IMG/VR virus record: IMGVR_UViG_3300025600_000004
Span: 1 to 64,000 of that record
DNA length: 64,000 nt
DNA from: a virus
Lineage: Duplodnaviria; Caudoviricetes
Reading direction: 5' to 3' (one strand)
Every line of letters begins with the position of its first letter. Position 1 is the stretch's first letter. Shown here in pieces: positions 29,362 through 39,024 of this stretch. The notes under the pieces are model-generated. The model was not told where the DNA came from. It ran no database searches and worked only from the letters and a program-made list of their open reading frames with translations. Position numbers and translations under genes: made by a program.

Positions 29362-30099
29362 CTATTGATTTGTATATTTAGATATTGCATCTTTCCAAAA
29401 GTTATACCCTTTATCGTTTAAATGTACACCATCATTGGTTAAGTTAATATTTAATTGATCTTGATAGGACATAAGTGAATAAAGGTCGATATATGATAGA
29501 TTATATTTTTCAGATAACAGATGTATTTCTTTATTGCAAATTATAACCTTTTCATTATTTGTAAGATTTTTATTAGCGTTATATATAATTCCGTTGATTG
29601 GCAAAATACTTTGGACAAATATCTTAGTATTTGGCAACTCTTTCGTAATCTTTCCCAATATTTTATCATAATTAGATATAATTTCTTGAATAGCTACACC
29701 ATTGCTAATATCATTAATTCCTATCATTAAAAAAACCTTGTTAGGATTTGATTTTATTACATTATCCAATCTGTTCAATACGCCATAAGTTGTATCTGAA
29801 CTTATTCCGCGATTTTTGATATTTTGGTTTTGCAGTAGCTCACTCCACTCGCATCCATCTGTAATGCTATCTCCTAAAAAAATAGTGGCATTATCCGATA
29901 TTGGAAGACTTTTAAACAAATCTGTTCTGTTTTTATAGTAAGGATCACTGGTAATAGGCTGACTTTCTGACGCTCCCACCGTTGTGGTTATCCGATTTAT
30001 AATATATGTTATACCACCCTTTCTGCAGACAACAACACAAGCCATTGATAAAAATACAATATTAAAAACAATCGATAATATTAAGATTTTCTTGTTCAA
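29362..30099 (-). CDS. moron: membrane-anchored SGNH/GDSL hydrolase
   Basis: FLGDSIT (block I), NRGISSDT (II), LMIGIND (III), DGVH (V); N-terminal TM; very AT-rich; TTG start after GAGGTGG. Confidence 0.88.
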   Translation of the reverse strand: MNKKILILSIVFNIVFLSMACVVVCRKGGITYIINRITTTVGASESQPITSDPYYKNRTDLFKSLPISDNATIFLGDSITDGCEWSELLQNQNIKNRGISSDTTYGVLNRLDNVIKSNPNKVFLMIGINDISNGVAIQEIISNYDKILGKITKELPNTKIFVQSILPINGIIYNANKNLTNNEKVIICNKEIHLLSEKYNLSYIDLYSLMSYQDQLNINLTNDGVHLNDKGYNFWKDAISKYTNQ

Positions 30100-30167
30100 A
30101 CTAACCACCTCAATATCATTATATCCTATCACTTGTGCAAATATTGTCATATTTAAGGAGGCTCCCC

Positions 30168-30422
30168 ATGATCCCACAGCTAATCCAAGCCCTTCCCCTG
30201 ATACTCTCAGACTCCCAAGATCCCAAGGACATCTCAGAAACCAGAGTCATCGCAGCGTTGTTTGCGGTGGCTCTCTTAGTTTCCCTGCCCATCGTATTCC
30301 TATGGCTTCCACAGTACATCACTGAATTCAAAGGATACTGGAGCGATGCGTTGTTATTCCTCGGCTCTCTCTTAGGAGCCAATGTCATCAAGAAGTTTAC
30401 ACCGATAAAACAAGGAGGTTAA
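30168..30422 (+). CDS. holin-like membrane protein
   Basis: Two hydrophobic segments, basic C-terminus, upstream of the endolysin. Confidence 0.6.
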   Translation: MIPQLIQALPLILSDSQDPKDISETRVIAALFAVALLVSLPIVFLWLPQYITEFKGYWSDALLFLGSLLGANVIKKFTPIKQGG

Positions 30423-30424
30423 CT

Positions 30425-30733
30425 ATGGAATCACTGACACACTTAGAACAGCGTGTAGAAAGACTAGAGGATTCAATGAAATCCCTAGCCTCCCTCCCAG
30501 CACAATTCGAGATACTCATAGGATTACAAAGGGAAGCCAATGCAGACTCCAAAGAATTAACCAAGCACATCACAGAAACCTACGCATCCAAGGAACTCTG
30601 TGCTGAGAGACATAAGAATATCAATGATGATGCACAGGATAACAAAGACTTCCGCAAGTGGGTCTATGGTTCCTTGGTAGTCGGTGCTGGCACTGTAATC
30701 ATGGAATTAACAAAGTATATAGGAGGTAAATAA
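30425..30733 (+). CDS. XhlA/holin-accessory-like protein
   Basis: Coiled coil followed by a C-terminal TM segment. Confidence 0.5.
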   Translation: MESLTHLEQRVERLEDSMKSLASLPAQFEILIGLQREANADSKELTKHITETYASKELCAERHKNINDDAQDNKDFRKWVYGSLVVGAGTVIMELTKYIGGK

Positions 30734-30734
30734 G

Positions 30735-31256
30735 ATGAACAAAGTAACCTTAGTAGGTCTACAGACCCTCGCAGAGTCCGCCAAAGGTTCCATTGACCGC
30801 ATATATCTCCATTGGTCTGCAGGGCATTATACTCAGTACTTCGATGACTACCATATCAACATCAATGGTGACGGTGAAATCTATGCCAGCACCGATGATC
30901 TCACAGAGCACAAGTCTCACACATGGCACAGGAATTCCAGAGCCATCGGTGTCAGCCTTTGCTGTTGTTGCAATGCTACATCGGATGACTTAGGTTCCGA
31001 GCCACCTACGACTGCACAGATTGAATCCATGGCACAAGTCATCGCAGTACTGTGTAAATACCTCGAATTGCCCTGTGACTATTCCGTAGTACGCACCCAT
31101 GGAGAACAAGGAGACGAAGAAGATCCAGGGTATGGTCAAAGCACCACATGTGAACGATGGGACTTGGCATTGCTGAGGAACGGAGACGCATGGGGCAGCG
31201 GTGGCAATACACTGAGAGGCAAAGGTAACTACTACATTGCCCAGGGAAGTTTATGA
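30735..31256 (+). CDS. endolysin, N-acetylmuramoyl-L-alanine amidase
   Basis: IYLHWSAG, DYHINI, HTW.RNS.AIGV, PT.AQIE, THGE zinc-amidase motifs. Confidence 0.88.
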   Translation: MNKVTLVGLQTLAESAKGSIDRIYLHWSAGHYTQYFDDYHININGDGEIYASTDDLTEHKSHTWHRNSRAIGVSLCCCCNATSDDLGSEPPTTAQIESMAQVIAVLCKYLELPCDYSVVRTHGEQGDEEDPGYGQSTTCERWDLALLRNGDAWGSGGNTLRGKGNYYIAQGSL

Positions 31257-31385
31257 CTCTCACTGACTTACTCACAGTAATCTATGACAACAGGGATGCG
31301 ATGTTGGCAAAGTATCCGAGGGATACCAAGATAATCATTGATGTCCATAATAACCTAGCGTTAAACGTGGATAAACTCATAAAAT

Positions 31386-31415
31386 CCAATGTAACTGCCT
31401 AGGAGGACGCTGGTG
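31386..31415 (-). repeat. repeat B copy 3
   Basis: Minus strand CACCAGCGTCCTCCTAGGCAGTTACATTGG. Confidence 0.88.
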
Positions 31416-31495
31416 TACTTTTATGGAATCACATAGGTTCACCATAGTCCTACCTGGATTAAACGTCTGTAATCCACGACTACAAGGAGGTTTCT

Positions 31496-32059
31496 ATGAC
31501 ATCATTAGGAATTATAAAGGATTACTGGAAATACCTAGTAATCTTCGTACTCGGAGTTGCCCTTGGATGCTGGGTGACCTATCAATGGTTTCCGAGGGAA
31601 GTCACAGTTGCCCCAGTATCCGAAGTATCAGCCAATGTTGAACTCAAGGATCACACAGAAGTCAGCTATGTGCCCAAAGTTAACAACGAATCCACAGATG
31701 TCGAAGTGAACAAAGCGTTGCCTGTGGTGACAGTGAAGGTCAATGGAGTGACTACGGCAATGCCACTGATTCAAGGTGAGACTCAGAAATTTGACAAAGG
31801 CAAGATCATAGTGGATCAGAGTACTTCATTGAAAGTCGATGTGACTGCCCAGGTTCAGTCTCAGATTGAACAGGGTATTGCCGATGCTTTTGCTAAGGAG
31901 TCTAAGAAATCCAAGGTTAAGCTGGGAGTCGAAGGTTCATTGGATAGCAATGTCAAAACCGATGCACAACTGAGGCTGTCTCGGCAATCTGAGAAATTCG
32001 ACATTGACATCAGAGTAAATCAAAAGAAACAAAGTATCAGTGGAACATTGTGGTTCTAA
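31496..32059 (+). CDS. membrane-anchored protein, possible spanin-like lysis accessory
   Basis: N-terminal TM; last gene of the lysis block. Confidence 0.4.
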   Translation: MTSLGIIKDYWKYLVIFVLGVALGCWVTYQWFPREVTVAPVSEVSANVELKDHTEVSYVPKVNNESTDVEVNKALPVVTVKVNGVTTAMPLIQGETQKFDKGKIIVDQSTSLKVDVTAQVQSQIEQGIADAFAKESKKSKVKLGVEGSLDSNVKTDAQLRLSRQSEKFDIDIRVNQKKQSISGTLWF

Positions 32060-32077
32060 ATGACTCATCAGAGTCCT

Positions 32078-32120
32078 GCGGGGAATCTTAGGCTTAGGCT
32101 TAGGGTTCCCCGCTTTTCTT
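32078..32120 (+). terminator. end-of-late-operon terminator
   Basis: GCGGGGAATCTTAG...CTTAGGGTTCCCCGC then TTTTCTT. Confidence 0.8.
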
Positions 32121-32147
32121 CGTTGTATTTCTAAGAAACATTTCAAA

Positions 32148-32184
32148 GAAACATATTGACACAATGTTTCCTAGGTGGTATAGT
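32148..32184 (+). promoter_or_regulatory. early sigmaA promoter with operator-like palindrome
   Basis: TTGACA (32156)-17-TATAGT (32179); GAAACAT-N9-ATGTTTC straddles the -35. Confidence 0.8.
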
Positions 32185-32219
32185 AGGTACATAGGAAATG
32201 CGAAGGAGGCGAAGTAACA

Positions 32220-33598
32220 ATGTTTACAGAGGAATCAGAGAGGAAAACCGATGTATTCGGCAGGAAGTACATATGGATTATTACTACGACAACTACGTTC
32301 ATGTCTATGGAAATCAATGTGTATCATAGTGCCCATGATAGCTATTGGGATGCTGAGGTTTACGCAGAGGAAAGTCATTGGCTCAGAGATAGTCCATACA
32401 AGATCAAAAGAGACATAGTGAGATAAGGAGGAACAGTGATGTTCGAAGAATACAAAGCTGAATACCGAATCAACAAAGCATCCATCGATACCAAGGCTCT
32501 ATGGAATACTATGCTTGCAGTGACATTCATCACAGTACTGGTGTTGCTATGAAGAACGGAGGAACAACAATGAAACCACAGATAGGACAAAGGGTATTCT
32601 TGAAACCAGTGGGCGACGCAGCTCGCAGAGGCAACACTGTCATCAAGGAATACATCGTATCAAAGGTAGGCAGGAAATACTTTGAAGCATGGGACGGGTC
32701 ATGGAAATACTCTGCCATAAAGTTTCACATTGAAGGACTTAGGCAAGTCACAGATTACTCAGTAGACTATGAATTATACTTTGATATGCAGGAAATCATT
32801 GATGAACGAGAATGCGAGGTGCTCATTGATGATCTCAGGAAAGTCATCGGAAACTATGGGCCACCAAAGTTATCCTTAGATCAACTACGTCGTATCAATG
32901 CAATCATCAAGGAGGGGTTATGACAGTATTCATAGACAAACACAATGTAATATTCTACGTCAATTCACAGGATTCCCTGGATGCCCTGTTTTATGCTGAG
33001 GGAATGTATGTAGTGGCAATGGATGGCATTGGAGGTGTACGATGACTATAAAGATCAACTGTGTATACTGTGGCGAACCTATCAGATCATACCAAGAATG
33101 CGCTGGATATCCTAGTGCTCAATGCTTGGATTGTCTCATCAAAGCCAACATAGAATCCAAGAAGGACTATCTATGGAATCTAAGAGAATCATACAGATCC
33201 AAGAGTCTCAGTATTTCAATAGTTAACGCAGATGAATCAGTGGACAAAATCTACGATGTCTCTGGGATGTCACGTAGTAATATTCACTGGCTACTTAGTA
33301 GAATACCGATGTACTTAACCAATGGCAAATATGTAGAACTCAAGGAGGAATTACAATGATAAAACTCAGAAAGACTCAGTGCCCACACTGTCAACGTACC
33401 GTCCATGCAGTCCTAAGTCACGGTGAATGGCGAGGTGAGTGTTCAGTGTGCAGCGATGGGTTTACTATGCCTACTGTGTTGCCCGAAGTTTCCGAAGATG
33501 AACGTAGACGTGTCGATGAATTCTTTGATAACCTAAGTTTCGATGATCTCAAAGTCAAACTAGGAGAAGCAGGGTATGCGGAGGATGCCAAGGGATAA
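32220..33598 (+). other. early hypothetical genes (32220-32426, 32570-32923, 32920-33045, 33042-33359, 33356-33598)
   Basis: GGAGG RBSs and overlapping starts/stops; two ORFs carry CxxC pairs. Confidence 0.7.
33462..33493 (+). repeat. repeat A copy 2 (inside ORF)
   Basis: TTACTATGCCTACTGTGTTGCCCGAAGTTTCC. Confidence 0.9.
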
Positions 33599-33627
33599 CT
33601 ATGTCTACCTTGTTGCCCAAAGTTTCC
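33596..33627 (+). repeat. repeat A copy 3 (starts on stop codon; precedes dnaE)
   Basis: TAACTATGTCTACCTTGTTGCCCAAAGTTTCC. Confidence 0.95.
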
Positions 33628-33671
33628 TAGGGATATGGAGTGGCTTCCTAAGTAGCCGAAGGAGGGATTAG

Positions 33672-36600
33672 ATGGACAATTATGATACTTACGTACCACC
33701 ACATTTACATCTTGATTACAGTAACAATGGCATGAAGGATTCAGTGAATACCATAGATAACGTTGTGAAGAGACTCAAGGAAATCGGAGCTACTGCGTGT
33801 GCGGTGACAGACCATGGAACTACATCGGGCATCGTAGAAGCATACAAGAAGTTCAAGAAGGCAGGGATTAAGCTGATTCCAGGGTACGAAGGATATCTCA
33901 CTGGAGACCTGTCGATACAGCAAAGAGACCTAAGCCATATAACACTGTGGGCAAAGGATTCTCAGGGGCTTCGTAACCTCTATGAAATATCTACGATTGC
34001 CAATGGGGACAAAGGTCGTTCACCGAATAACTATTACTACAAACCGAGGGTGGACTTAGAATTACTGAGACGATTCTCTGCTGGCATCATGGCTGGATCT
34101 GCGTGCCTTGGTGGATGCTTGGTTACTGAGGATTACGGTGTGAACGAAGATAAACTTCAGCAACTTATTGACATCTACGGAGCTGATGATGTATTCCTTG
34201 AAATCCATACATACCAATGTCCTGAGCAATTCAAGTACAACCATGCACTCGTCAAAGCATCCAAGAAATTCAATGTGAGACTCATAGTTGCTACGGATGC
34301 CCACTTCGCGTGGAAGTACAGTGCTGAACTCAGAAAACACTTCAAGAATACATCGAAGACTCAGGAAGGCGATGAGAATATTGACGATACATTGTATATT
34401 CAAGATGTCGATGAAATACGCAGTAACCTGAGATACCTAGATGGACTCGTAATCAATGAAGCCATTGCCAATACCCATGTACTCGCAGAGAAATCCAATG
34501 TAGAAATAGCATTCAACGGTAAGCACTATCCAGAGTATAAGTGTGAAAATCCATTGACAGAGGTGAGACTCCAAGCAATCGCAGGGTGGAATAGGTTAGT
34601 CAAAGGCACTGGCGTAGATTACGATGCATACGCAGAGAGAGTCAAGTTTGAACTGAACATCCTCGATAAGCAAGACTACTGTAGTTACTTCTTGATCAAT
34701 AGTGGACTCATTAAGAAATTCATTGCAGCAGGGATTCCAGTGGGTGACGGTAGAGGATCAGTGGTGGCATCGATGGTGGCTTGGTTGCTAGGGATTACAA
34801 AATTAGATCCATATAAATACAATTTAGTCTTCGAAAGGTTTGCTCACATGGAAAGGCTTAGTCCACCCGACGTGGATACTGATATTTCTAAGAAACACAG
34901 ACATCAATGCTTAGAAATTATCAAAGAAGAATACGGTGAGACGTACCAGTGTAGAACCTTCGCCCGCTATGGTGCATCAGGGAGCATTAGGCAAGCAGGG
35001 AAGGCATTGTTCTATCCATTGGATGTCGTGGATGCCTTAGCAAAATCATTGTCTAAGTATGAATCCGATGATGAAGACGATGAAACTTCCACGTATGATC
35101 AGAAGATATGGATGTTAGACAATGTTAAAACCGATGACAACGCAGACCTCATAGAACTAGCAAAGCAATTCGTAGGCATCTGCTTTGGATATGGCAAACA
35201 CGCCTCAGCGATCATCGTACTGACAGAGGATGTTCTACAGTTTTGTTCCGTAGAGCGTCAGAAGGACAGTAAAACAGGGGATATCAATTACATCCTCGCA
35301 TGTGACTTTAAACTCCTTGAGGAAATGGGACTGATGAAACTTGATATGCTTGGACTTAAGACCCTCGATGTTATCCAAGATACATTAGATATGCTCAGTG
35401 TTCCCATTGACATTGAAACTATTCCATTGGATGACGAAGCTACTTCTCAGATGTTATGCGAAGGCAAAACCAAAGGCTGTTTCCAAATATCTTCACCTGG
35501 CATGACACAGTTAGTTAAAGGAATTCAGCCTAAGAACTTTGCTGACATGATACCTTTGGTTAGTCTGTACAGACCAGGGCCACTCGATGCCATCGTAGAA
35601 GAAACAGGGGACACAATGGTTGACACCTATGTAAAAGTCAAGAATGGCGAGATAGAAGCCACGTATCTCCATGAAAAACTGCGACCTATCCTTAGTGACA
35701 CCTACGGGATTATCTTATATCAAGAGCAAATCTTAGAAATAATCAAGGAACTATGTGGGTACTCATTGGGCGAGGCTGACATGTTTCGCAGAATTATTGG
35801 CAAGAAAAAAGTCGATGAAATGAAACCTGCGATTGAAGCGATGATTGAACGTGGAGTTATCCAAGGCATCCCTAGACCAACTATGGAATCCATCGCAGAT
35901 CGCATTGTAACCTTTGCTATGTATGGATTCAACAAGTGCTTATCAGGGGATGAGAGGCTTCATAGACCTGCCAATGGTAAATTTATGCCAACACTGAGTG
36001 AAATGTGGATGATCAAGAATAGCCTCGCATACGCCAAAGAAACCAAGCACAAAGAACTCTATGATAAATACAATGCGTATGGCTATGGGACAACGTTGTC
36101 TATGTTTGACGATGGCAATATCAAGAAAAATACTATAGTTGACATTGTACCCTCTGGAACCGCAGCCATCTATAGACTCACTACGAAGACAGGGAAGATC
36201 GTAGACTGCACAATGAATCATAAGCTCCCTACACCACAAGGTGGCAAGATACTCTATGATCTCAAAGTAGGCAGCGAAGTTTATGTCATTGGCGACTATG
36301 AAATTACATCGACCATCTATAATTTCTACAATGGTAACCCTCCAGAATCCAACGTACCCAAAGCAGGACAACAGGGCTTCCAGCGTAATCCATATGGAGC
36401 ATCGACACTCTTTGATACAGCAAGGGAATTCTTCAGTAACATCCACGCTGCCTGTGAAGACTGCGGAACCTATGATGCTAAGAAATACGAATTGCACCAT
36501 GTTAACATGAATCGCCAGGATAATTCCAATGAGAATCTAAGGTGGCTATGTGTATCGTGTCATCGGAAAGCTCATTATGCCATGGGCAGAACTAAGGTGG

Positions 36601-37628
36601 GAACAAGGGGCTCATCGGCTGCCATAGATACCATCGCAAGCATAGAATATCTAAAAACCACAGAAGTCTTTGATGTGACAATGGAGGCTCCAGCACATAA
36701 CTTCGTTAACCTAGGTGGCGTAGTAGTCTCAAATTCTCATAGTGCTGCCTATGGAAAGCTGGCGTACAAGACCTCGTATCTCAAGGCTCATTATCCTCTG
36801 CAATATATGTGTGCATGTATCAACAATGAAGAAGGTAAGCAAGACAAGATACTCCCGTTCATCAAGGAGTGCGGGAAGCTGGAGATTACAGTGTTGCCCC
36901 CTGACATCACATTGAAGAATCGCCAATGGATTATACAGGGAGATTCACTGGTGATGGGGCTTCACTATATCAAAGGTGTCGGCAATAATCTCAGGTTGGA
37001 CAATATAAATTCCTATGATGACATTGTACGCTATAATGCTAAGGATGTAACTACAGCACTTATCAAGTCTGGAGCAATGGATAGCTATGGTGATCGTGGA
37101 GTCCTACTGGATAGCTTAGAATCACTACAGGATACAATGAAACGCATCGACAACTGCATGGCGAAGGTCAAAGAGAACTCAGAATCCCTAGCACTCGCAG
37201 TATCTGACAAAGACATCAAGAAGTATGCTCGGCAGAAGGGACAATGGGAAGCCAAGTTGTCCGAAGCCAAAGCAAAGGAAGCTCAAGTATCATCCACTGA
37301 ATTCTATGATAAAGTCATAGGAGAAATCGAGGTCTTAGGTTACAGCGAAGGTGTATCTCCGACAATTAAAGTAGGTAAGGTAGTCGGTGTATTCTCTAAG
37401 GTGATAGGCAATGGTTCAACTATGGGTTGGGTCACGCTAAAGTCTCCTCATGGTGAGTTTCGATGTGCGTGTTTCTCAGATATGTGGGATATCATCAAAG
37501 ACTTAGTAGTCGTAGGGTCAACATACAAATTCGTCGTTAAATCCAATGATCGCGGTGACAACTTAGAAGAGATATCGATTAACGGAGTAACCCATAGAAA
37601 GCCTCAGAAGCAATGGGCGAAACGATGA
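33672..37628 (+). CDS. dnaE: DNA polymerase III alpha subunit (DnaE-type) containing an intein
   Basis: PHP (HLH.DYS, TDHG), catalytic PPDVDTD, K.D.LGLKTL, LYRPGP, YG..LYQEQ, FNK/SH.AAY; C-terminal OB fold. Confidence 0.95.
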   Translation: MDNYDTYVPPHLHLDYSNNGMKDSVNTIDNVVKRLKEIGATACAVTDHGTTSGIVEAYKKFKKAGIKLIPGYEGYLTGDLSIQQRDLSHITLWAKDSQGLRNLYEISTIANGDKGRSPNNYYYKPRVDLELLRRFSAGIMAGSACLGGCLVTEDYGVNEDKLQQLIDIYGADDVFLEIHTYQCPEQFKYNHALVKASKKFNVRLIVATDAHFAWKYSAELRKHFKNTSKTQEGDENIDDTLYIQDVDEIRSNLRYLDGLVINEAIANTHVLAEKSNVEIAFNGKHYPEYKCENPLTEVRLQAIAGWNRLVKGTGVDYDAYAERVKFELNILDKQDYCSYFLINSGLIKKFIAAGIPVGDGRGSVVASMVAWLLGITKLDPYKYNLVFERFAHMERLSPPDVDTDISKKHRHQCLEIIKEEYGETYQCRTFARYGASGSIRQAGKALFYPLDVVDALAKSLSKYESDDEDDETSTYDQKIWMLDNVKTDDNADLIELAKQFVGICFGYGKHASAIIVLTEDVLQFCSVERQKDSKTGDINYILACDFKLLEEMGLMKLDMLGLKTLDVIQDTLDMLSVPIDIETIPLDDEATSQMLCEGKTKGCFQISSPGMTQLVKGIQPKNFADMIPLVSLYRPGPLDAIVEETGDTMVDTYVKVKNGEIEATYLHEKLRPILSDTYGIILYQEQILEIIKELCGYSLGEADMFRRIIGKKKVDEMKPAIEAMIERGVIQGIPRPTMESIADRIVTFAMYGFNKCLSGDERLHRPANGKFMPTLSEMWMIKNSLAYAKETKHKELYDKYNAYGYGTTLSMFDDGNIKKNTIVDIVPSGTAAIYRLTTKTGKIVDCTMNHKLPTPQGGKILYDLKVGSEVYVIGDYEITSTIYNFYNGNPPESNVPKAGQQGFQRNPYGASTLFDTAREFFSNIHAACEDCGTYDAKKYELHHVNMNRQDNSNENLRWLCVSCHRKAHYAMGRTKVGTRGSSAAIDTIASIEYLKTTEVFDVTMEAPAHNFVNLGGVVVSNSHSAAYGKLAYKTSYLKAHYPLQYMCACINNEEGKQDKILPFIKECGKLEITVLPPDITLKNRQWIIQGDSLVMGLHYIKGVGNNLRLDNINSYDDIVRYNAKDVTTALIKSGAMDSYGDRGVLLDSLESLQDTMKRIDNCMAKVKENSESLALAVSDKDIKKYARQKGQWEAKLSEAKAKEAQVSSTEFYDKVIGEIEVLGYSEGVSPTIKVGKVVGVFSKVIGNGSTMGWVTLKSPHGEFRCACFSDMWDIIKDLVVVGSTYKFVVKSNDRGDNLEEISINGVTHRKPQKQWAKR
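35937..36734 (+). mobile_element. intein (266 aa) with HNH endonuclease domain
   Basis: Begins CLSGD after FNK; block B T.NH; block F VFDVTME..HNF; ends VVSN before Ser+1 (SHSAAY); internal CEDCG..LHH..N..NL..LC.SCH..H. Confidence 0.93.
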
Positions 37629-37629
37629 T

Positions 37630-37661
37630 TTCCTATGCCCACTATGTTTCCCAATGTTTCC
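37630..37661 (+). repeat. repeat A copy 4 (just after dnaE stop)
   Basis: TTCCTATGCCCACTATGTTTCCCAATGTTTCC. Confidence 0.9.
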
Positions 37662-37807
37662 TCATAGTCCATCCTAGCGTCCCAATCCAAGGTATCCTAT
37701 GCCAAACCTACGCACGACAAAGAAACCCACTGAGCGTCCTTCTAGGGTGCTTGGTGGGAAGCTACGCATAATCTTCGTAAACTCAGATTAAAACGGAGGG
37801 AATTACA

Positions 37808-37966
37808 ATGGCAAAACTGCAATACGTAGGATACACCGACGACTTAGATATCTTCATGTATCCATCAGAGGATAAACCAGAGGATTCAATGAATGTAACA
37901 TGGGATTTCCCAAACTATCTCATGGGCATCAAAGTAAGAATCACCATAGAACCAGAGGAGGACTAA
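37808..37966 (+). CDS. small hypothetical protein (52 aa)
   Basis: GGAGGG RBS; MAKLQYVGYTDDL... Confidence 0.55.
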   Translation: MAKLQYVGYTDDLDIFMYPSEDKPEDSMNVTWDFPNYLMGIKVRITIEPEED

Positions 37967-38026
37967 GGTACATGGCAAAGCCCTCAGCACACCATCGGCA
38001 TACTGAGGGTTAAGTCCTCGTATTCA

Positions 38027-38494
38027 TCATAGAGGTTTGTCCAGTGTACGATACAGTTCCGCAGTTGTCTTAGGACTCAATGTTTCAGTGTCTAACTTAG
38101 TTTGCATTGATCGTAGACCTGCGAAGTGTATTTCCTCGGCAGTCTTGGTTTTTGCTAGGTCTAACTCCATTTGAGCCAAGGCAGCTTTGATGTACTTAGT
38201 GCTGGCATGATTCTCCATGAGTTCTGCTTCGCGGTCGGTGTATCTCTTAGTGATAAACTTGTCTGACCCTAGCAACACCGCAGGATCAACTCCGAGTCTA
38301 AAGGCTATGGCTTCTATCTGCGAATGGCTAGGGAGTGACTTACGTGCTCCGTCTTCCATTTTGCATACAGCGGATCGTCCAATGTGTAATACGTCTGCAA
38401 TGGTTTGCTGGGAAAGTCCTTTGGATTCTCTAAGTCTTCTTACGTTTGCTCCGAATTCTTCTATGATGTTTGTTGTGATGCTCACGATATTCAC
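38027..38494 (-). CDS. XRE-family HTH regulator
   Basis: FG.NVRRLRESKGLSQQTIADVLHIGRSAVCKMEDG. Confidence 0.85.
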   Translation of the reverse strand: MNIVSITTNIIEEFGANVRRLRESKGLSQQTIADVLHIGRSAVCKMEDGARKSLPSHSQIEAIAFRLGVDPAVLLGSDKFITKRYTDREAELMENHASTKYIKAALAQMELDLAKTKTAEEIHFAGLRSMQTKLDTETLSPKTTAELYRTLDKPL

Positions 38495-38520
38495 CGTTCC
38501 TTCGTTTATTTCTTGGACTC

Positions 38521-38560
38521 ATTGTATCATACAAGGAAACACTGTGTCAACAAGTTTCTT
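38521..38560 (-). promoter_or_regulatory. sigmaA promoter of the XRE gene with GAAAC-N13-GTTTC palindrome
   Basis: Minus strand AAGAAACTTG-TTGACA-18-TACAAT. Confidence 0.65.
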
Positions 38561-38609
38561 GTGAGAATCAACATGTTTCTCGTCGTAATCATAAATAAAT
38601 CTTAGGAGG

Positions 38610-38798
38610 TTGACTATGAATAGTCCATTGTTTACAATAAAGGAAACCGCAGAGTACCTTAGACTCTCTGAACCCGTAGTATATGGCTTAGTTAAAATCA
38701 AAGAATTCCCCTCAGTAAAGGTAGGTGGTGCTTGGAGAATATTCAGTGACAAGCTTCAGCCATGGTTAGAGACATTATATGATAACAAAGATGAATAA
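38610..38798 (+). CDS. excisionase-like HTH_17 DNA-binding protein
   Basis: LFTIKETAEYLRLS...VY.L....FPSVKVGGAWRI; next to attP and int. Confidence 0.8.
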   Translation: MTMNSPLFTIKETAEYLRLSEPVVYGLVKIKEFPSVKVGGAWRIFSDKLQPWLETLYDNKDE

Positions 38799-39021
38799 GC
38801 ACTTATAAGCACTTTGTGAAGCATGGGAAGCCTTGACAGCCGTTGATTTCCTTGCTTCACAGACTTCTTAATATTACGTTGAAAGAGTGATGAGTCAACA
38901 TAGAAGAAACACCGAGAATCCAGCGTTTGTGCGGGTTGCTCGGTGTTTTGCTTTGGTAGATTTATAATAGTTTCTAGCACTTTTAAGCACTTTATAATAG
39001 TGTTAAGCACTTTATAAGCAC
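38796..39021. repeat. putative attP with integrase arm-type repeats
   Basis: TAAGCAC(T) at 38796, 38806, 38984, 39004 and 39015, plus TAGCAC at 38975, flank a ~150-bp non-coding core between xis and int. Confidence 0.7.
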
Positions 39022-39024
39022 CTG

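Noticed and set aside
32087-32104. (CTTAGG)x3 telomere-like tandem
   Set aside because: It is the upper stem and loop of the late terminator.
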